DNA of 64,000 nt from Lama glama (Eukaryota): the NCBI GenBank assembly GCA_028534125.1, contig CM052816.1, positions 75,332,001-75,396,000 on the forward strand, in the 5' to 3' direction. The notes beneath the pieces were generated by a model, which saw only the letters and a list, made by a program, of their open reading frames with translations, ran no database searches and had not been told where the DNA came from. A program made the translations under genes and the position numbers. Positions 35,654 to 48,930 of the stretch are shown piece after piece. How positions within the stretch are numbered: the stretch's first letter is position 1; the number at the start of each line of letters is the position of its first letter.

Positions 35654-37756
35654 TTGCCTTCCTTTTACCTCTTTTCAGTGAAAGGTGAAGGGCAGTCTAT
35701 CACTTATTTCCGTCTGGTTTGAAAGCCTCTGACGTGCATTAGGCTTTCCATGTGCTTTTTCTTCGTTGTTCCTTTTGTCATTGAAACAAGGCTGTATCTG
35801 TGCAGAAGCCCAGACCATTCTGACAATGAGGCAAATCAAAGAAAACCTAGCCTAGGGCACGTCTACTGGAAATGCAAACTCTTCGGATTGACAGTCACCT
35901 TTCTTTGCAGTCTTAAGTTTCTGTCCATCTCACTGGACAAGAGTTGGAATTAGTTGACAAATATAAGGAATCTTAGGTGCTGGAGACTGAAGGCGTTAAG
36001 ACTAGGAAAGAAATGTGAGAACACAGCATTTAGTAAAGGGAATTGTGGATTCTTTAATATTGGTGAACATTCCAACTTCCTTCGTAAGGTTTTACAACTC
36101 ACTTAGGGCAGAAGGAAGCCAGAAGATGAGATAGCCAACTCCTATGTTTTCAACCAAATCTTTTTCTTGCCCTTTTTTGGCAGGGGAAGACATTGTTCTT
36201 TGCCTTGTTTGACTGAGTGTCCCTCAAGTCTTGTTTGTGTTGGATGTACTTGGTGATTGATGTACTAATTACCAGGAGTGATTCTGACAAGTGGCAAGTG
36301 TACATGCTTATTTAAGTGAGGTGATATAAGCCAAATCTTCTCTGTCAATGGATAAAGGAGCAGGGAATCGCTTTAAGTGTGTCCCACCTAACAAAACAGT
36401 TACATGAATTTCTAACAACTTACCAACCCCGCTAGGCACTGACATTTCAGCCTTTAACTTACCATATTCAGTTGATAAAATGTTTTCTTCCCTAATATTT
36501 TCAATCTAACAACAACAATAAAAAGCTGGAAATATGAAATTTTCTCAGCATATCCAGTCTTAGAGGACTTCAGAAGAAAATACTATATTTGTCAACTACA
36601 GACACTAATATTTGACTTCATTATATGAAGCACAAATCTTCTGGCTCTCGCTCTGTGTCTGGAATTGTAGCCTATTGCTAATTAACTTATTTAAAAGTAC
36701 TAAAAATAACTAGACAAGAATAGCTAGAGACTTGCTTGTCATAATTGACTTTTTTTCCCCCAGAAATTACAAGTGTGGCTTGAATTTTTGCTTTAAAATA
36801 TTCCTTCCTCCCACCCCCTCATCACTTATTTCCCTGTGGCCTCAGCTGTTAAAAGAAAAGAAGCTTATGAGTTGTTTCTGGAGCTGTGACATCCTATCTT
36901 GAAGGAGCGATGTGTGGCGGTGAGACTGCAGTGTATGATTTCATCAGTGAATGCTAGAGACACAGGCTGGCCTTTGGAAATGCCTGTGAGTTTTGACCAG
37001 TGTAAAACTGAGTGAATTCACCAAATAGCTGCTGCTTATCTAGAATACTAAACAGCAAAGCTGTTGCCCATATGATTTAGCTCAGGTTCAAAAATGAATC
37101 AGTCATGAAAATAAATAACACAATAACACTATAAAAATTATTCATGAAAATACATCTTTCAGATTTTTGGAGTTCATTTTTGAAGGATTTAATTTATATT
37201 TCCTGTTTCTCCAAATCAAATATTTGTGATACGTAGCTTGTCATGATTAGATTGTAGGGAAACTTGGTTGAGTGCTCAGTTCAGGCGGAGCTCAATCTAT
37301 TGACAGAGACCGTATGTGGATTCGGGGGAGACCTGATGGATCTATTGCTAGAAAATAGCCAGGAAACTTAATTTTATTCTCGTCTCAGTTTTAAATTTAT
37401 TGGTTAGCAGTTAAAGGGGTGATTTAATGAACTTAACTCTTGCTGCCATTCACAAGCAGAGCAGGCTTCCACATGAATTTCTACAAGTTTCTACATGACA
37501 GAGGAGAATTTCACACCTTTCAGGTACACACGGCTCATTGCCACCATGTGTTTGTACATCACCTATGTATCCAAGCAGCCTCCAAAAGGATATGGACAAG
37601 GACTCCTCTACCTGTTAAAGACTAAGGCTCCTTAAGACCATGAACCATGATCAGGGACATTTTGACATTTCCATTACATGGGCTGTGTGCATAAACCTGT
37701 TTCAATGAGCCACTGTTTTCTCCCCCAGCTAGCACTAGGTAGGCAGCTTTAGACTT

Positions 37757-37795
37757 TGTGTGCGTGTGTGTATGAGTGTGTGTGTGTGTGTGTGT
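37757..37795. repeat. Imperfect (TG)n microsatellite
   Basis: Seen directly in the sequence. Confidence 0.85.
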
Positions 37796-38560
37796 TGGAA
37801 AAGATGAGAGAAGCAATGAAAATAAGTAGAAATCTAGTCTTCTCTCAGCACCTATGAGAATACCTTGCTTTTCTCCTGCTCATGCAGGAAGGAAGAGTTT
37901 TATGTTCAGTGTGTCCTCATCTTCCAGTTGAGGTTAGAGAAAAAAGTGCTCAAATACCCAACATGAGACTTTCTCACCTAGTTTCATGATCGTTCTGGAA
38001 CCTGCAATTGTGTTTGTTTAGCTTGCTCTCGACCTCATATTTTCTTTCCTTCTTGAGGTATTTCTTTGATGGTTATACTTGAGAGAAGTGTTTTTTGTTT
38101 TCTTTTCCAACATTGCATGACTTATCTCTGTGATATTTGGGGGCTTTACACCTTCTATTATACTTGCTAAAGATTCAGATAGCACTTAAATATGGTGGAG
38201 TGAAGAGGGGAAGAAAGTAATGTAACCCACTTGGTGGCTAGAATGTTATTTATCCTAAGACTTTAGAGAATTTTAATTTCTTTTTCAAAATGGACCAGAG
38301 TAACTTTTCCCAGGGTTCCAGCAGAAGAATCCATCTATTTATTGAGTCAGCCAGACTCTCAACAACAAGAACATAAGACCAAGCTGCGGGCTTAGAGTGA
38401 GAACAGGAGAGGCGAGGTGTAATGTCATAAAATTTTGCCTCATGATCCTTGTCCTTGGTTTGTAGGGCAGTGTCCTTGGGAATGTGAGATTTATATGAGA
38501 CACACAATTACGGAATGGTACAAGACAGAGTTTGCAACTCTTAGTACTAACTCTTTGACC

Positions 38561-38688
38561 ATACACCATGATCAGGTTAGATTCCTCCCAGGGATACAAG
38601 GATGGTTCAACACATGCAAATCAATTGACGTGATACACCACATCAACAAGAGAAAGGACAAAAATCACATGATCGTCTCAATGGATGA
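38561..38688 (+). mobile_element. Isolated 128-bp internal L1 ORF2 (RT-domain) fragment flanked by 13-bp direct repeats
   Basis: Encodes [42 protein letters not shown] (L1 ORF2 motif IHHDQVGFIPGMQGWFN…NHMIISID); taactctttgacc occurs at 38548-38560 and 38689-38701. Confidence 0.95.
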
Positions 38689-39848
38689 TAACTCTTTGAC
38701 CTGCAGATTTCATATGCCATAGGGGCTCAAAGGAAGGAAGGATGACAATAGTGACTTCTCTAATATTTCAGGACAATAATACACTGACCTTTCCTGCCCT
38801 TTAGCTGTCCTCCAAACATTGTAATGTTTTGCTCAAATATCAGGAGCACATTCATTTTCTCCACTCAAATGTGATCTACTGTTGTGGTTTTTTAATCACT
38901 GACCATTGAAAATAGTAAATAGCCTCTTTTCTAAGGTAGAAAATTATTATTGACTTGGGGAATATTTCCAGACAATAAGGTTCAGATTAGGCCAATGAGT
39001 GAGAGTTTTAAGGAGGTTTGAAAGAACCAGCCACAGACATTCAACACGTTGAGTGTTTATTGTTGTCTTTGTTGTTAATGGCAGCTGTTTATGGGGGGGA
39101 GGCAAAACCATTATGTGAAAGGATTCTCTTTTGACCACAAAATTCAGCAAGTATTTTGAGAAAATCTGATAACTACACACTACATGTTTTAATTTAAAAA
39201 TCTGAGGTGGGGAAAAAAAAAAGGCTTTTGAGCTTGACATTCTGTCCTGAACAATGAAGATGCCAAGATATATTTCTTTATTATCAAGAGTACAAATCAA
39301 ACAAAGTACGTTCCTTCACTTATTGAATTAACTTGACCACAGGGGAGCCGCTCTGGGGACTTCTGAAAGACAGCAGAGAGGCAACCTTTTGACAAGTGTG
39401 GTTGGCCTTTGCCCTGCCTTTCCTCTCAGTTTTGCGGCAAGAGGGGACAATTTTATAGCAACTTGACAAAACAGCAGTGCAGAAAGTCCCAGCTGTTCTT
39501 GCCCCAGCTGTCTCTGAGATCTAATAATATAGGGTGGGAATAGCACATCTCCCTAAAGAGCACACACATTTTAAGTTGCTTTAATTTTCCTGCCAATTAG
39601 ACTTTTAAGATGCCAAATGCATCTCCAGGCAACCTCTGTGACAATTTAGTACTCTTTGGTAAAGAAGCCTAAGGCAGAGAGAGATTTTCAAGTGGCAAAA
39701 TAGCATGGAAAAATTTTTACTCTTTCATTACCAAAGAAAAATACATGTGCCTCCTTTTACTTACGGAAATATGAAGACACAGGGATATTAACACTGACAC
39801 TAGTGAGGGCTGCTAAAGAGACCGGGAGTCAGAATTCTCAGCCTGGAA

Positions 39849-40091
39849 CAGGGTTTCTCGGCCTCAGTGTGATTGGCATTTTGGACTGGATATTTCTTTG
39901 CTGGGGGCGGCGGTGGGCGAGGAGGCTGTCCTGTGCACTGTAGGACATTCAGTAGCATCCTTGGCCTCTACCTGCTAGAGGCCAGTAGCTTCCCCAGTCA
40001 TGACAGTCAGAATGTCTCCATGCATGCCCAATATCCACCCTTCAGGAGTGTGGGTGAGAGAGAAAAAAATCCCCCTGGTTGAAAACCACTG
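39849..40091 (-). mobile_element. MER20 (hAT-Charlie), apparently inserted into a MIR
   Basis: TIRs cagggtttctc … gaaaaccactg; degenerate 8-bp TSD gcctggaa / gcctaggg. MIR-like flanks are gggagtcaga (left) and gccactg…agtcactt…ctttacttgttaaa (right). Confidence 0.9.
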
Positions 40092-40214
40092 GCCTAGGGC
40101 AGCCACTGCCCAAAAGATCTTGTGACAGTCACTTTTCCTTGAGCTCAATGCCTTTACTTGTTAAACAAATGAAACCAACTGCCCAGGGATTAAGGAAGCA
40201 TCAAATATTTAGTT

Positions 40215-40689
40215 ACATGGCATGTTTTTTGTTTAAGTGAAGCCAAAATGTATACATCTTCAGTGTCTGCTGCCTTCAGATTAGTCATCTGGGGAATTTA
40301 TTCATTCATCCAAGTGATGCTGAAGCAATTTTAAGAATAGTTTTAGCGAGGGGTAAATCTTGATCTTTTTAAGGTGAATTGGTTTCTGAAACTCAGTCAG
40401 AACCAAGTAAATAAGGTGGGTGAGCAAAGCTGATGAATGCTGTTTGGAGTCAAAATCCAGATGGAACAATACTGAGACTGATTTTTCTTATGTGCCTTGT
40501 GAACATACTCAGAAGGCAATTTCAGTAGAGGAGTCATAGAAAGGTTTTGAGTCATCTTACCATTGATGGGCTCCGGGAACAGTCATCTCCACAGGTGACA
40601 ATTCTGAATGATAGCTCACTTTCAGCTTAGAAGTCAGGAGGTGTTCATTATAAAAAGAAAATCCCACTGCTTTAGAGTCATACCTTATA
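40215..40689. mobile_element. MARNA-like (TcMar-mariner) non-autonomous element
   Basis: tgagactgatttttcttatgtg…gaaggcaatttcagtagaggagt…aggtgacaattctgaa…ctttagagtcataccttata matches recalled MARNA. Confidence 0.7.
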
Positions 40690-40769
40690 CAGTAAGATAA
40701 TATAAGAGAAAATGTTCTTGATTTTTGAAAAGAAGTCTTTTCTTAAATACATTTATCATTATTTGTATT

Positions 40770-41098
40770 GTTTAGATTCAATGATAGACATTTATAGAAC
40801 TTTTACTGAGTCTGTGCTAAGTGCCTGCACTTCAAAATGACTAAGATGCAGACCCTGGTTATCACGATGGTTTCTTTCTAGTAGGGGGACATATTGGTGA
40901 ACGGTTTGTTCTAGCAGAGTAAGTGCTAAGATAAATCAGAAGCAGGTGTTTACCTGGATTCTCAACCCAGCCCTGCCACTTGCTAAGTAAACTGGAGGAA
41001 GTCACTTAATTTTATTTGCCTTCAGTTTCCTGATCTTGTAAAGAGAAGGCATTGCTAGCCTCTATCACCTCTTCTAGCATCAATATTCTGATCCTATG
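40770..41098. mobile_element. L2 3' fragment (-; 40770-40945) followed by MIR (+; 40950-41098)
   Basis: ctgtgctaagtgc…aagatgcagaccctg (L2); cccagccctgccacttgcta…aagtcacttaa…cagtttcctgatcttgtaaa (MIR). Confidence 0.7.
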
Positions 41099-41619
41099 GC
41101 AAAGGTGACAGTTCCTAAGGGCACATGTATTACAATGTTCTGTAAGGGAAATCTAATTACATGCTCTCTAAATACTATTAGTTTCATTTGGATCATCACC
41201 AAAACAAAGAAATACCCCATTAGATGTTCACGAGCACCAACTCTTAAGAAATGTGACCCATTACCAGTGGTTCGTTATTAAAGAAGATCATAAACCAAAT
41301 GAATTACCCTGCCTTTCTTCTTCCTGGGCTATGCAGGGTTATAATGAGCTGGCGGTAGCCTTGGTTGACCAGAAGTTGCTATATCCAAAGAAAATGGCAA
41401 GTGGCGAGAAGTAAAATGTCTATATTTAAAACAATTCACAAATTCTTCATTAAATTAACGTGTTATTGGGGAAAAAAAGTTACATCCATCAACTTAGGTT
41501 CAAGTTTGTATGACTTTCAGGATGTCAGTTTCTGACCTGAGCACAGTTCTCCATTCTCAATGGTAAAATGAAGGGATTGCAAGGAGAAATAATATATTCT
41601 GAATGACTACAATAGATGC

Positions 41620-41805
41620 TAACACATGTTCTCATTTTAGACCTCCTACCAACTGAGTGGTGCAGATATTTTCACTTCTGTTTTACATGTGGTAAAGATG
41701 AGGCTCAGCAAAGTAAACCAATTCACCCAGCCTTACACAGCATCTATGGCAGAGCCGGGAGTCACACTTAACGTCTGTTTGATTTCAGGGTCTGTGTTCC
41801 CTGTT
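41620..41805 (-). mobile_element. MIR
   Basis: gttttacatgtggtaaagatgaggctcag…cacacagcatctatggcagagccggga. Confidence 0.7.
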
Positions 41806-42514
41806 TTCACTCCTATACATCCCTCCACCTCTGGAGTTGTCTCTGATTAAGTTCTGAAATTATAGAATTCTTTTCACAAGTAACCCAAAGTGATAGCATG
41901 AAAGCATCACATATTTACTAGCAACTGCAAAATGAAAGAGAAGAAAATGTTTACATCCACTTCCAAATTCAGGGATTTTAAGTGACCAACAACTTAAGAG
42001 CCCCATCAGCAGAGTAGCTTTTCCCAGTATGTGAAAATGGCTTCCAAGGAGTGTCATTAATTCTTAGCCAGAATATTTTAGATTTCCAATGCTTTAGGGA
42101 CAGAGGAAAAGGCAATCCAATCTGCAGGTTATCTCCTTCGGTCAGGGTACTACTGGGCATGCTAACATTAAAATAAGCGTGGTGTTCTGTTTGGCAGCTT
42201 GCCCATCTCTAGCTTTTAACCTTCATCAGTGAGAACCTTGTATATATTACACTTGTGATCATTAGTTCAAGATTAAAATAGTCAATTAGGTGAAATATTT
42301 TAACTGTATTACATTTGTGTCATGTAGCTTCAACAAAAAAACTGTAGTGAATTACGGAGCTAAGAGATTAACTGATAGCCCTGAGATGTGGCTTCCAGCA
42401 GCGAGCAAAGCAGTCTGCCCACTCATTTCTTCATTCTTTCACTTATCCTCCACCCTGGGGGTGACTGAGGCAGATGCTATTGTTCATTCCATTAGGCATC
42501 TCATTCATGTTTCC

Positions 42515-42750
42515 AGGAGAGTTTAAGCAGCTCAGAGCAGTCACTCTGGACATAGAGCTGGGCCTGTCCTGACTGCGTGATCTTCCACAAATTCCTTAAA
42601 TTCTCTGAGCCTCAGTTCCTTCTTTGTAAAATGGAAATAAAAACACACCTGTCTCATAGGTATATTTGGGAGGTGTACACGAGATAATCACACCAGGTGT
42701 TTACCTCAGTGCTTGGCACACAGTGAGTGATCAATAAATGTTAACTTTGA
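42515..42750 (+). mobile_element. MIR, near full length
   Basis: tctctgagcctcagttccttctttgtaaaatggaaataa…cagtgcttggcacacagtgagtgatcaataaatgtt. Confidence 0.85.
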
Positions 42751-45499
42751 CAACTGCTATTAACATGAACAGTTTTGTAAGGACACTCAATGGTGCTCTG
42801 GTAAATTAAAAGAATAAATAATCCCCTTCGAGAACCTAATTTTCTAGGAAGAGATTTTGTTATTGAGACTAACTAAGCTTACTTTAAATAGAACTTTATT
42901 GTAGTACAGCTTATTATGATGATTTGGATTTTTCAGTAGCTGTGGATATACATAACACTTTCATACCCTAACTGTCAGAAGTTTTGTGGCAGTCTTGCAA
43001 CAGATATTTTGGGGTTTTGTTTCTCTCTAACACTAATATTACAGATTTCCATTATGTTTATCATTATTTTAATTTTATTACAATCATTTTGAGAACTAGG
43101 CTTAAATCTGTTACAGTGATTTTGTGCAGCAGAATTACCAGTGGGACTTCACAATCCCACGTGTTCAAGCCCTGTCTCTGGAGCGTCTACAGTGGGCCTG
43201 GATGCCAGTGTTATTCTGGTGTTAGGTCAGATGTGAGAAATGCTAAGTGATTATACTGTGAACTTCTTGAAGAAATGGACCACCACTTCTTCAGCTTTGT
43301 ACCCCTTAAAATGGCTTTAAATAGCTATTATGTATTTTGTGAGCAGGTTTGGAAGTCAGATACCACAGAAGATAATAAAAGAGAAACTAAGTTACATACT
43401 CCAAGCAGAAACAAAGTCTTGCATGTTTTAAGAAATGAATTAATAACATTTGACAAATTCATAATTGGCCAATGCTGCCTTAAATTATGACAATAGCAAC
43501 TTATAGGTGACAATCTCATTTTCTAAAATTCAATCTCTAGTATTTTTCTGTTTTCTATATTGATTTATACCAAGGAGCAAAGACTAGCCACATTTGACAA
43601 ATGGGTTACACACCTGTTCTTCAGGGATCTAATAACAGGTAGGGCTGACTGAGTAATGTTGACAAAGCACTGTTCTGAGGAAGACATGTTCTCGTCATTA
43701 ATCACATTTCTTATTTAACTGCACACCAACCCAGCAGATTCTGTTGCAAGTAAGCATATGTCCATCTCAGGGTGAGGTCAAGCGTGTCTGTATACACAAG
43801 GTTGTTATAGTAATACAGCAAATGGTTCATTAGGTTGATTCTAGGATCTCTGTCACCCTTGATGACAACTTGGTGTGACTGGGGTAATTGTGCAACTAAT
43901 TCTGGAAGCTAATGTGACCCCCTCAGATGAAATTTCCACACTCCCATGCGGCCCTCCCTGTTTGCCATGTAACTTGCAGTAACTCCATGTGACTTTCCAG
44001 ATGGCATGGCCCACTGAGCCTTTCCCATTTTGGCCCCATCAGCAAAAAGATGGGAAGGGAGAAAGATTTCTCCTATCTCTGGAAGTACGTCCCCCAGGAG
44101 GTTTTGGTAAGGGTTCATAGCATGTGTTTCAAAATACATTAATAGCAGAAAACTTTGTTCGGATGTGGTCCTCTATAAACTGGGTTATATGTAAACTGGA
44201 TGGAAGTCAGAGGCCTTTTTCATTTTTAAAAACAGGGGTATATAATCTGGCAAATGTTGATATGCCTAATAATAATAAGTTTAACATTTGTGTTAGTGAA
44301 GGAACAGTTAAAAGAACTGAATAGTTAAGTGAACGGTTAAAAGTCAGTTAATAGTAATGAAATGACTTACCCAAAGTCACTTACTAATTTTTGCCTAGAT
44401 CAGACTCTTCCATAATCATGCTCAGTGTTCTCTCCACTACCATGAGACCATCTTTGGCCATAATGCCCATCATTATAGTAAATCTTTCAGGGACATTGGG
44501 ATGCTCAGTTTTTTTTGGAGGAAAAGTGGTTGGGCAGTGAAGATAAATGGCTCAGTTTTGCAAACAATCACTTCATAAAAGTTAAAAATTGAAGCCAAAG
44601 GAAACCAGTTGATGCCCAAGGGAAGAAGACAAAGTAGATGAAAAATAAATAAGCCCTGAAGTATGGTGAGCAGAAGTTATTTTCTTCTTTTCCTGATATC
44701 CTCACCTGTCCCAATCCAAACTTAAGCCTGACCAACACCCCGTCCCTTGCCCATTCTCCATGTCGTACATGCAACCACTCTTGACTAGGGCAGCCTGAAT
44801 GGGGAGGGAGGCATTTGGTGAATGAAAGCAAGGCAAAGGTACTCATTTCCTCTAATTGCATATAATATGTGTCAAAGTAATTCAAGAAAAATCTTTAGCC
44901 AGTCTTCTAGCTCCCTTAGATGACACTGACATCCTTTCCAGGCATGGAAGAGAGTTTGGACCAGGATAAATGCACATTGACAGTCTACAGTATGACTCTG
45001 TTAAGAGCTCAAAGAAAGTGGAGCTTCAGGCTGAAACAGGAGCATGGAGGCTGAAATAAATGTGGATTGTGATGTTATTATTTCAGATAAGTATCTTTTT
45101 GCCTGGAAAGATAATTATGCAAGCTGAAAATTGTTCTAGAGTACATCATCCCTGTTCTGGTTGGAAAGGTGTTGCTCTAAGTGCTGTGTGGTTTTTTTGC
45201 ACTCTATGCATTTTCAAATACACTCTCCAAAGACAGAAGAATCATTTACATCGCGAAATCAAGCGTTGAGTTAAGAGATGTGATATCTAGAACTCCAAGG
45301 GTATTTTCTGTCTGTCATCAGTCTAAAAGATTGCCTCCCTCTGTACTCCTACTAGACTGATGCCTAGAGTCAGGCCAGTGTTCAGGGAGGAAAGAGATGG
45401 TAGTACAGTCAGGTTTGTCTTGGAGTAGACATGTACAGTTGGGTATCAAAATCTTGGTGTGCATCTGTCTGTATTCTGCTGGGAGTTTTTCTTTAGACA

Positions 45500-46440
45500 T
45501 ACAGACCTGAAAGTATCTGGAGGTAAGAGAAAGCCCACAATGCATTAGGGAAATAGCAAAGAGTTCTGTGTGCTGTAACATAACGTGTGGGATTAAAGCA
45601 GGAGAGAATTCTAGAGAAAGGAAAATGGTGCACATTATGAAGGGCTTTCTTTTTATTTGGTGCAAGAAATTTGACAGTTTTCTTGAAACCTAATTGAAAT
45701 GTTTTGTGCAGGGAAGTAATATGATCAGCTTTGGATTTAGACAAATCACTCTCTCTACAGTGGAGGGAGAGGATTCAAGCGGGACAATACTACAGCCATG
45801 GAGCTTAGAGAGGAATTGCCAAACCAAAATCCCCAAGGGAGCAGGGAGTTTGTCTGTTTTTGCTCCTCAGTCCCTAGGCACATAATATGTGGTCAATAAG
45901 TGTTTGTTGCTGAATGAGGCTGTGCTAATAATTTCGATACCATATGGTGAGCTAAGCCTATGTGATGGCAGTAGGGACTGAAAGAGGAGAGATGGACAGA
46001 GATTCTAAAGATGTTAGTGAGGTAGAATCTACAGCAGTTGAACAACTGACTTATTATGAGGGGCAGGGAGAAGTTGGAGGAGTCAAAATAAAAACAGTTT
46101 TCTGGCTTGGGTCACTCATAGTGCCATTCACTGAGGTCAGAAACATTAGACATGGAGCAAGTTGAGGGAGGGAAGGTGATAATTTGCTTCAACTATGTGG
46201 ACTTTGAGTTGTTTGTGGGACATCCGTATCCTGATGATCGTAAGGCAGCCCGTGTAGAAGGGCCTAGAGCTCTGGAGAGAGGTGTGGGTTGCAAAAGTAT
46301 TTGGGGAGGTTACCGTCATACAGATTGGGAATTAAAGCTATGGGAATAGAGAGATGGCTGGAAGGGGCCAAATGTTAGAAGAAAATACCTCCAAAGTGTA
46401 TGGCTTCCTAAAAGCCAAAGGAGAAGAATTCAAGAAAAGG
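45500..46440 (-). mobile_element. L2 fragment containing a short opposite-strand L2 3' end (~45815-45917)
   Basis: gcagggaagtaatatgatcagctttggattttaga, tagtgccattcactgag, ctttgagttgtttgtgggacatcc; the inner piece ends caataagtgtttgttgctgaatga. Confidence 0.75.
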
Positions 46441-46689
46441 GGCGCATATTTTAGACAATAAAAATGTAAAAGAAAACATACTCCATCCATGGAGAAGTTC
46501 AAACTCTGATGAAGTAGGAGACAAGCAGATAATATACAGCCACTAACACTCACAGTGGAGAAATAAAATACTGCTGGAGTCCAGAGGAAAAGTGCCTCTA
46601 CCAATCCCCCTACTCCTCAGTTTCCAATGAAAACAAAGTCAGAAGTGGAAGAATCCTGAACAATTGCTTCCCAAAGGAGTGATTTCACA

Positions 46690-46856
46690 GCACAGCATAG
46701 CTCTATATTTACCTGATGTTTTGTTTATTATCTGTCTCTCTATAATGAAATTGAAACACCACAAGGCATGGATTTTTGTCTCTTTTGATCACATTTGTGT
46801 CAGTGCCTGGCATGTAGCAGATGCTCAAAAAAAAGTTTTGTTGAATGAATAAATGT
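46690..46856 (+). mobile_element. L2 3' end
   Basis: cagtgcctggcatgtagcagatgctcaaaaaaaagttttgttgaatgaataaatg. Confidence 0.8.
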
Positions 46857-47544
46857 CAATCATACATCTGGACCAGGTGTATACTTACCTCAAACCATAT
46901 CTAGGAAAGTCTGCTTATATAAAACTCTGAATGTAAATTCATTTTCTTTTGTTTGGCTTCTTGTCTTGAAGGCTGAGTGCTCAAAATGTTGGTTTTGACT
47001 GAAGTTTCTGGTATGCTGTGCTTTAGCCAAGAGTTCATTGTGTCATGAGGATTTTTCAGCACCTTTGGTAAAACTTCTTAGCACAATGTGCACTATCTCT
47101 AAATTATATGAGCAAATCTTCGTGTTATCTTGCTCTTTAGGATTTTCACTAAGAGGATTCTCCTTCAGATAGGCCCAACTCTGGGAAATATTCTATAGCC
47201 GGCGATGACACTATGGGTCTTTTTCCAAATTAATTCCACTCATGTATAACCCTTCTGAAAAATTACCTGAAATGTAAAAAAATCCCACAGCTCCAAAAGA
47301 ATGACTTGTTTAAAAAAAATTGTCTCATTTTAAGCTCTCTAAACAAACATTTTTCAGCTGTCAAGAATTGTTCAGATATAAGTTGGTTATTTGCTTGAAT
47401 AACTCAAAGACAGCTGGGTATTAAAAATTTCAGACTTACCAGTACAGAATTCTGAATATAAAAAGGTGGCTTGTATAATGAATTATTACTTTTATTTCAA
47501 TCGAGTACATTAAGAAAAATAAGCAGAGATTTAAGACTGGGCTA

Positions 47545-47900
47545 ATTATCATTCATTCCTATCTCAAACACTTGCTTTTCCAGGACTTGCTAGATGTCAT
47601 CCATTTAAAGTTAAATAAGACACCATCTCTGCCTTCATGAACCCAGGGGTTTTTCAGGAGGAAATTCACAGAGGAAGTGATTTTGGATCTGAGAATTATG
47701 ATGAGTAGGAATTTGCCAGGCGAATCTGTGGAAAAAGAACTTTTGAGGCAGAAGAACTACTATATATAAATTGTAGGAAGTGTGAGATAGGCAAGGATGT
47801 TCATGTTTGAGACGCAGAGGTGTTTAATGGGTCTTGAACCTAAGTTCACATGGAAGGGGGCCAGGTGAAGTAACCAGAAGTTTAAAAGGGGTCAGCCAAT
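47545..47900 (-). mobile_element. L2 fragment
   Basis: aaataagacaccatctctgccttcatgaac…cagaggaagtgattttggatctgag…gatgagtaggaatttgccagg. Confidence 0.65.
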
Positions 47901-48699
47901 GGAGTGGTTCTCTTGTGTGCTGAGCCTTTTCATTGCTAAAGAAGACATGGTTCTGTACTTTATAATTATAAATACATATGTGCATAGGGAGAGTCTATCT
48001 GTGGCTACAGTCCATATTGTGACCAATTTTATCATCAGTCAAGTTCCTTGATGAAAATTCTCACGATCTAGCCATTTTGGGGAACAGGCCATTTCTGGCC
48101 TCATTAAGCCTGCATAACTTAATACTGCAGTAGATAAATTAAGTACAGATGATCTAGTTCTGAAATCTAATAATCACCATGAAATTTAATATTCACCATT
48201 CCAGAACACTGCAATTATTTTGCTGCTTTTAGTCAAATGTTTCCTCAAAAAAAAGTGGCATATTTCTCATCCTCACATGTTTCAAAGCAGCAAAGTGACG
48301 TACGGAAGTTGAGTGATATGATCCAACTTAGCATCTTGAGACCAAGCTCTGTTTGGTCCTTAAAGTGTAATGGGCAGTAGTAATATCATTAACATTGCTC
48401 GTTCATTATGCGAATGAAGAAACAGTTTACTATACTGGCAGCAGAAAGAAGCCTGGAATTTGAAAAGTGGAGGGCATCTTAATTGCTCTCCTTATAGTAA
48501 CTTGATCTTAAATGTATGAAAATGGAGGACCACAAGTCAAAGAGAAATTGAGCCAAATTGGTCCTAAAACTCAGGCCTTTGGGCTCCTGGTCCAGTGGCT
48601 TCTTTTGAGTATATGTCTTCTCTCATCACTGAGATAATGTTTGAGCTGCCTCTGTTCTCCAAGAAACCCAAATAGAAAGTGAGGTGAGATCTTCATTTC

Positions 48700-48930
48700 C
48701 CTTTGTTTACATTGAAGCTTACTATGTGCTCAGACCTCCTGCCAAATTCTGGGGATACAATGATGGAAAAAGAAAACAGGGTGCCTACTAGCCTGTAGCT
48801 CACGTTTCAGTGGAAATAGATATTAGTATGGTACAAGTAAAGTCATACTGATGTGAAATGACAAGCTACAAGAAATGCTAAGTGGAAAGATGTAAGGCCC
48901 AAAGAGAGCGCATGTTAGGGAGATCTAGTG
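48700..48930 (-). mobile_element. L2 3' fragment
   Basis: attgaagcttactatgtgctcagac…tctggggatacaatgatggaaaa. Confidence 0.65.
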
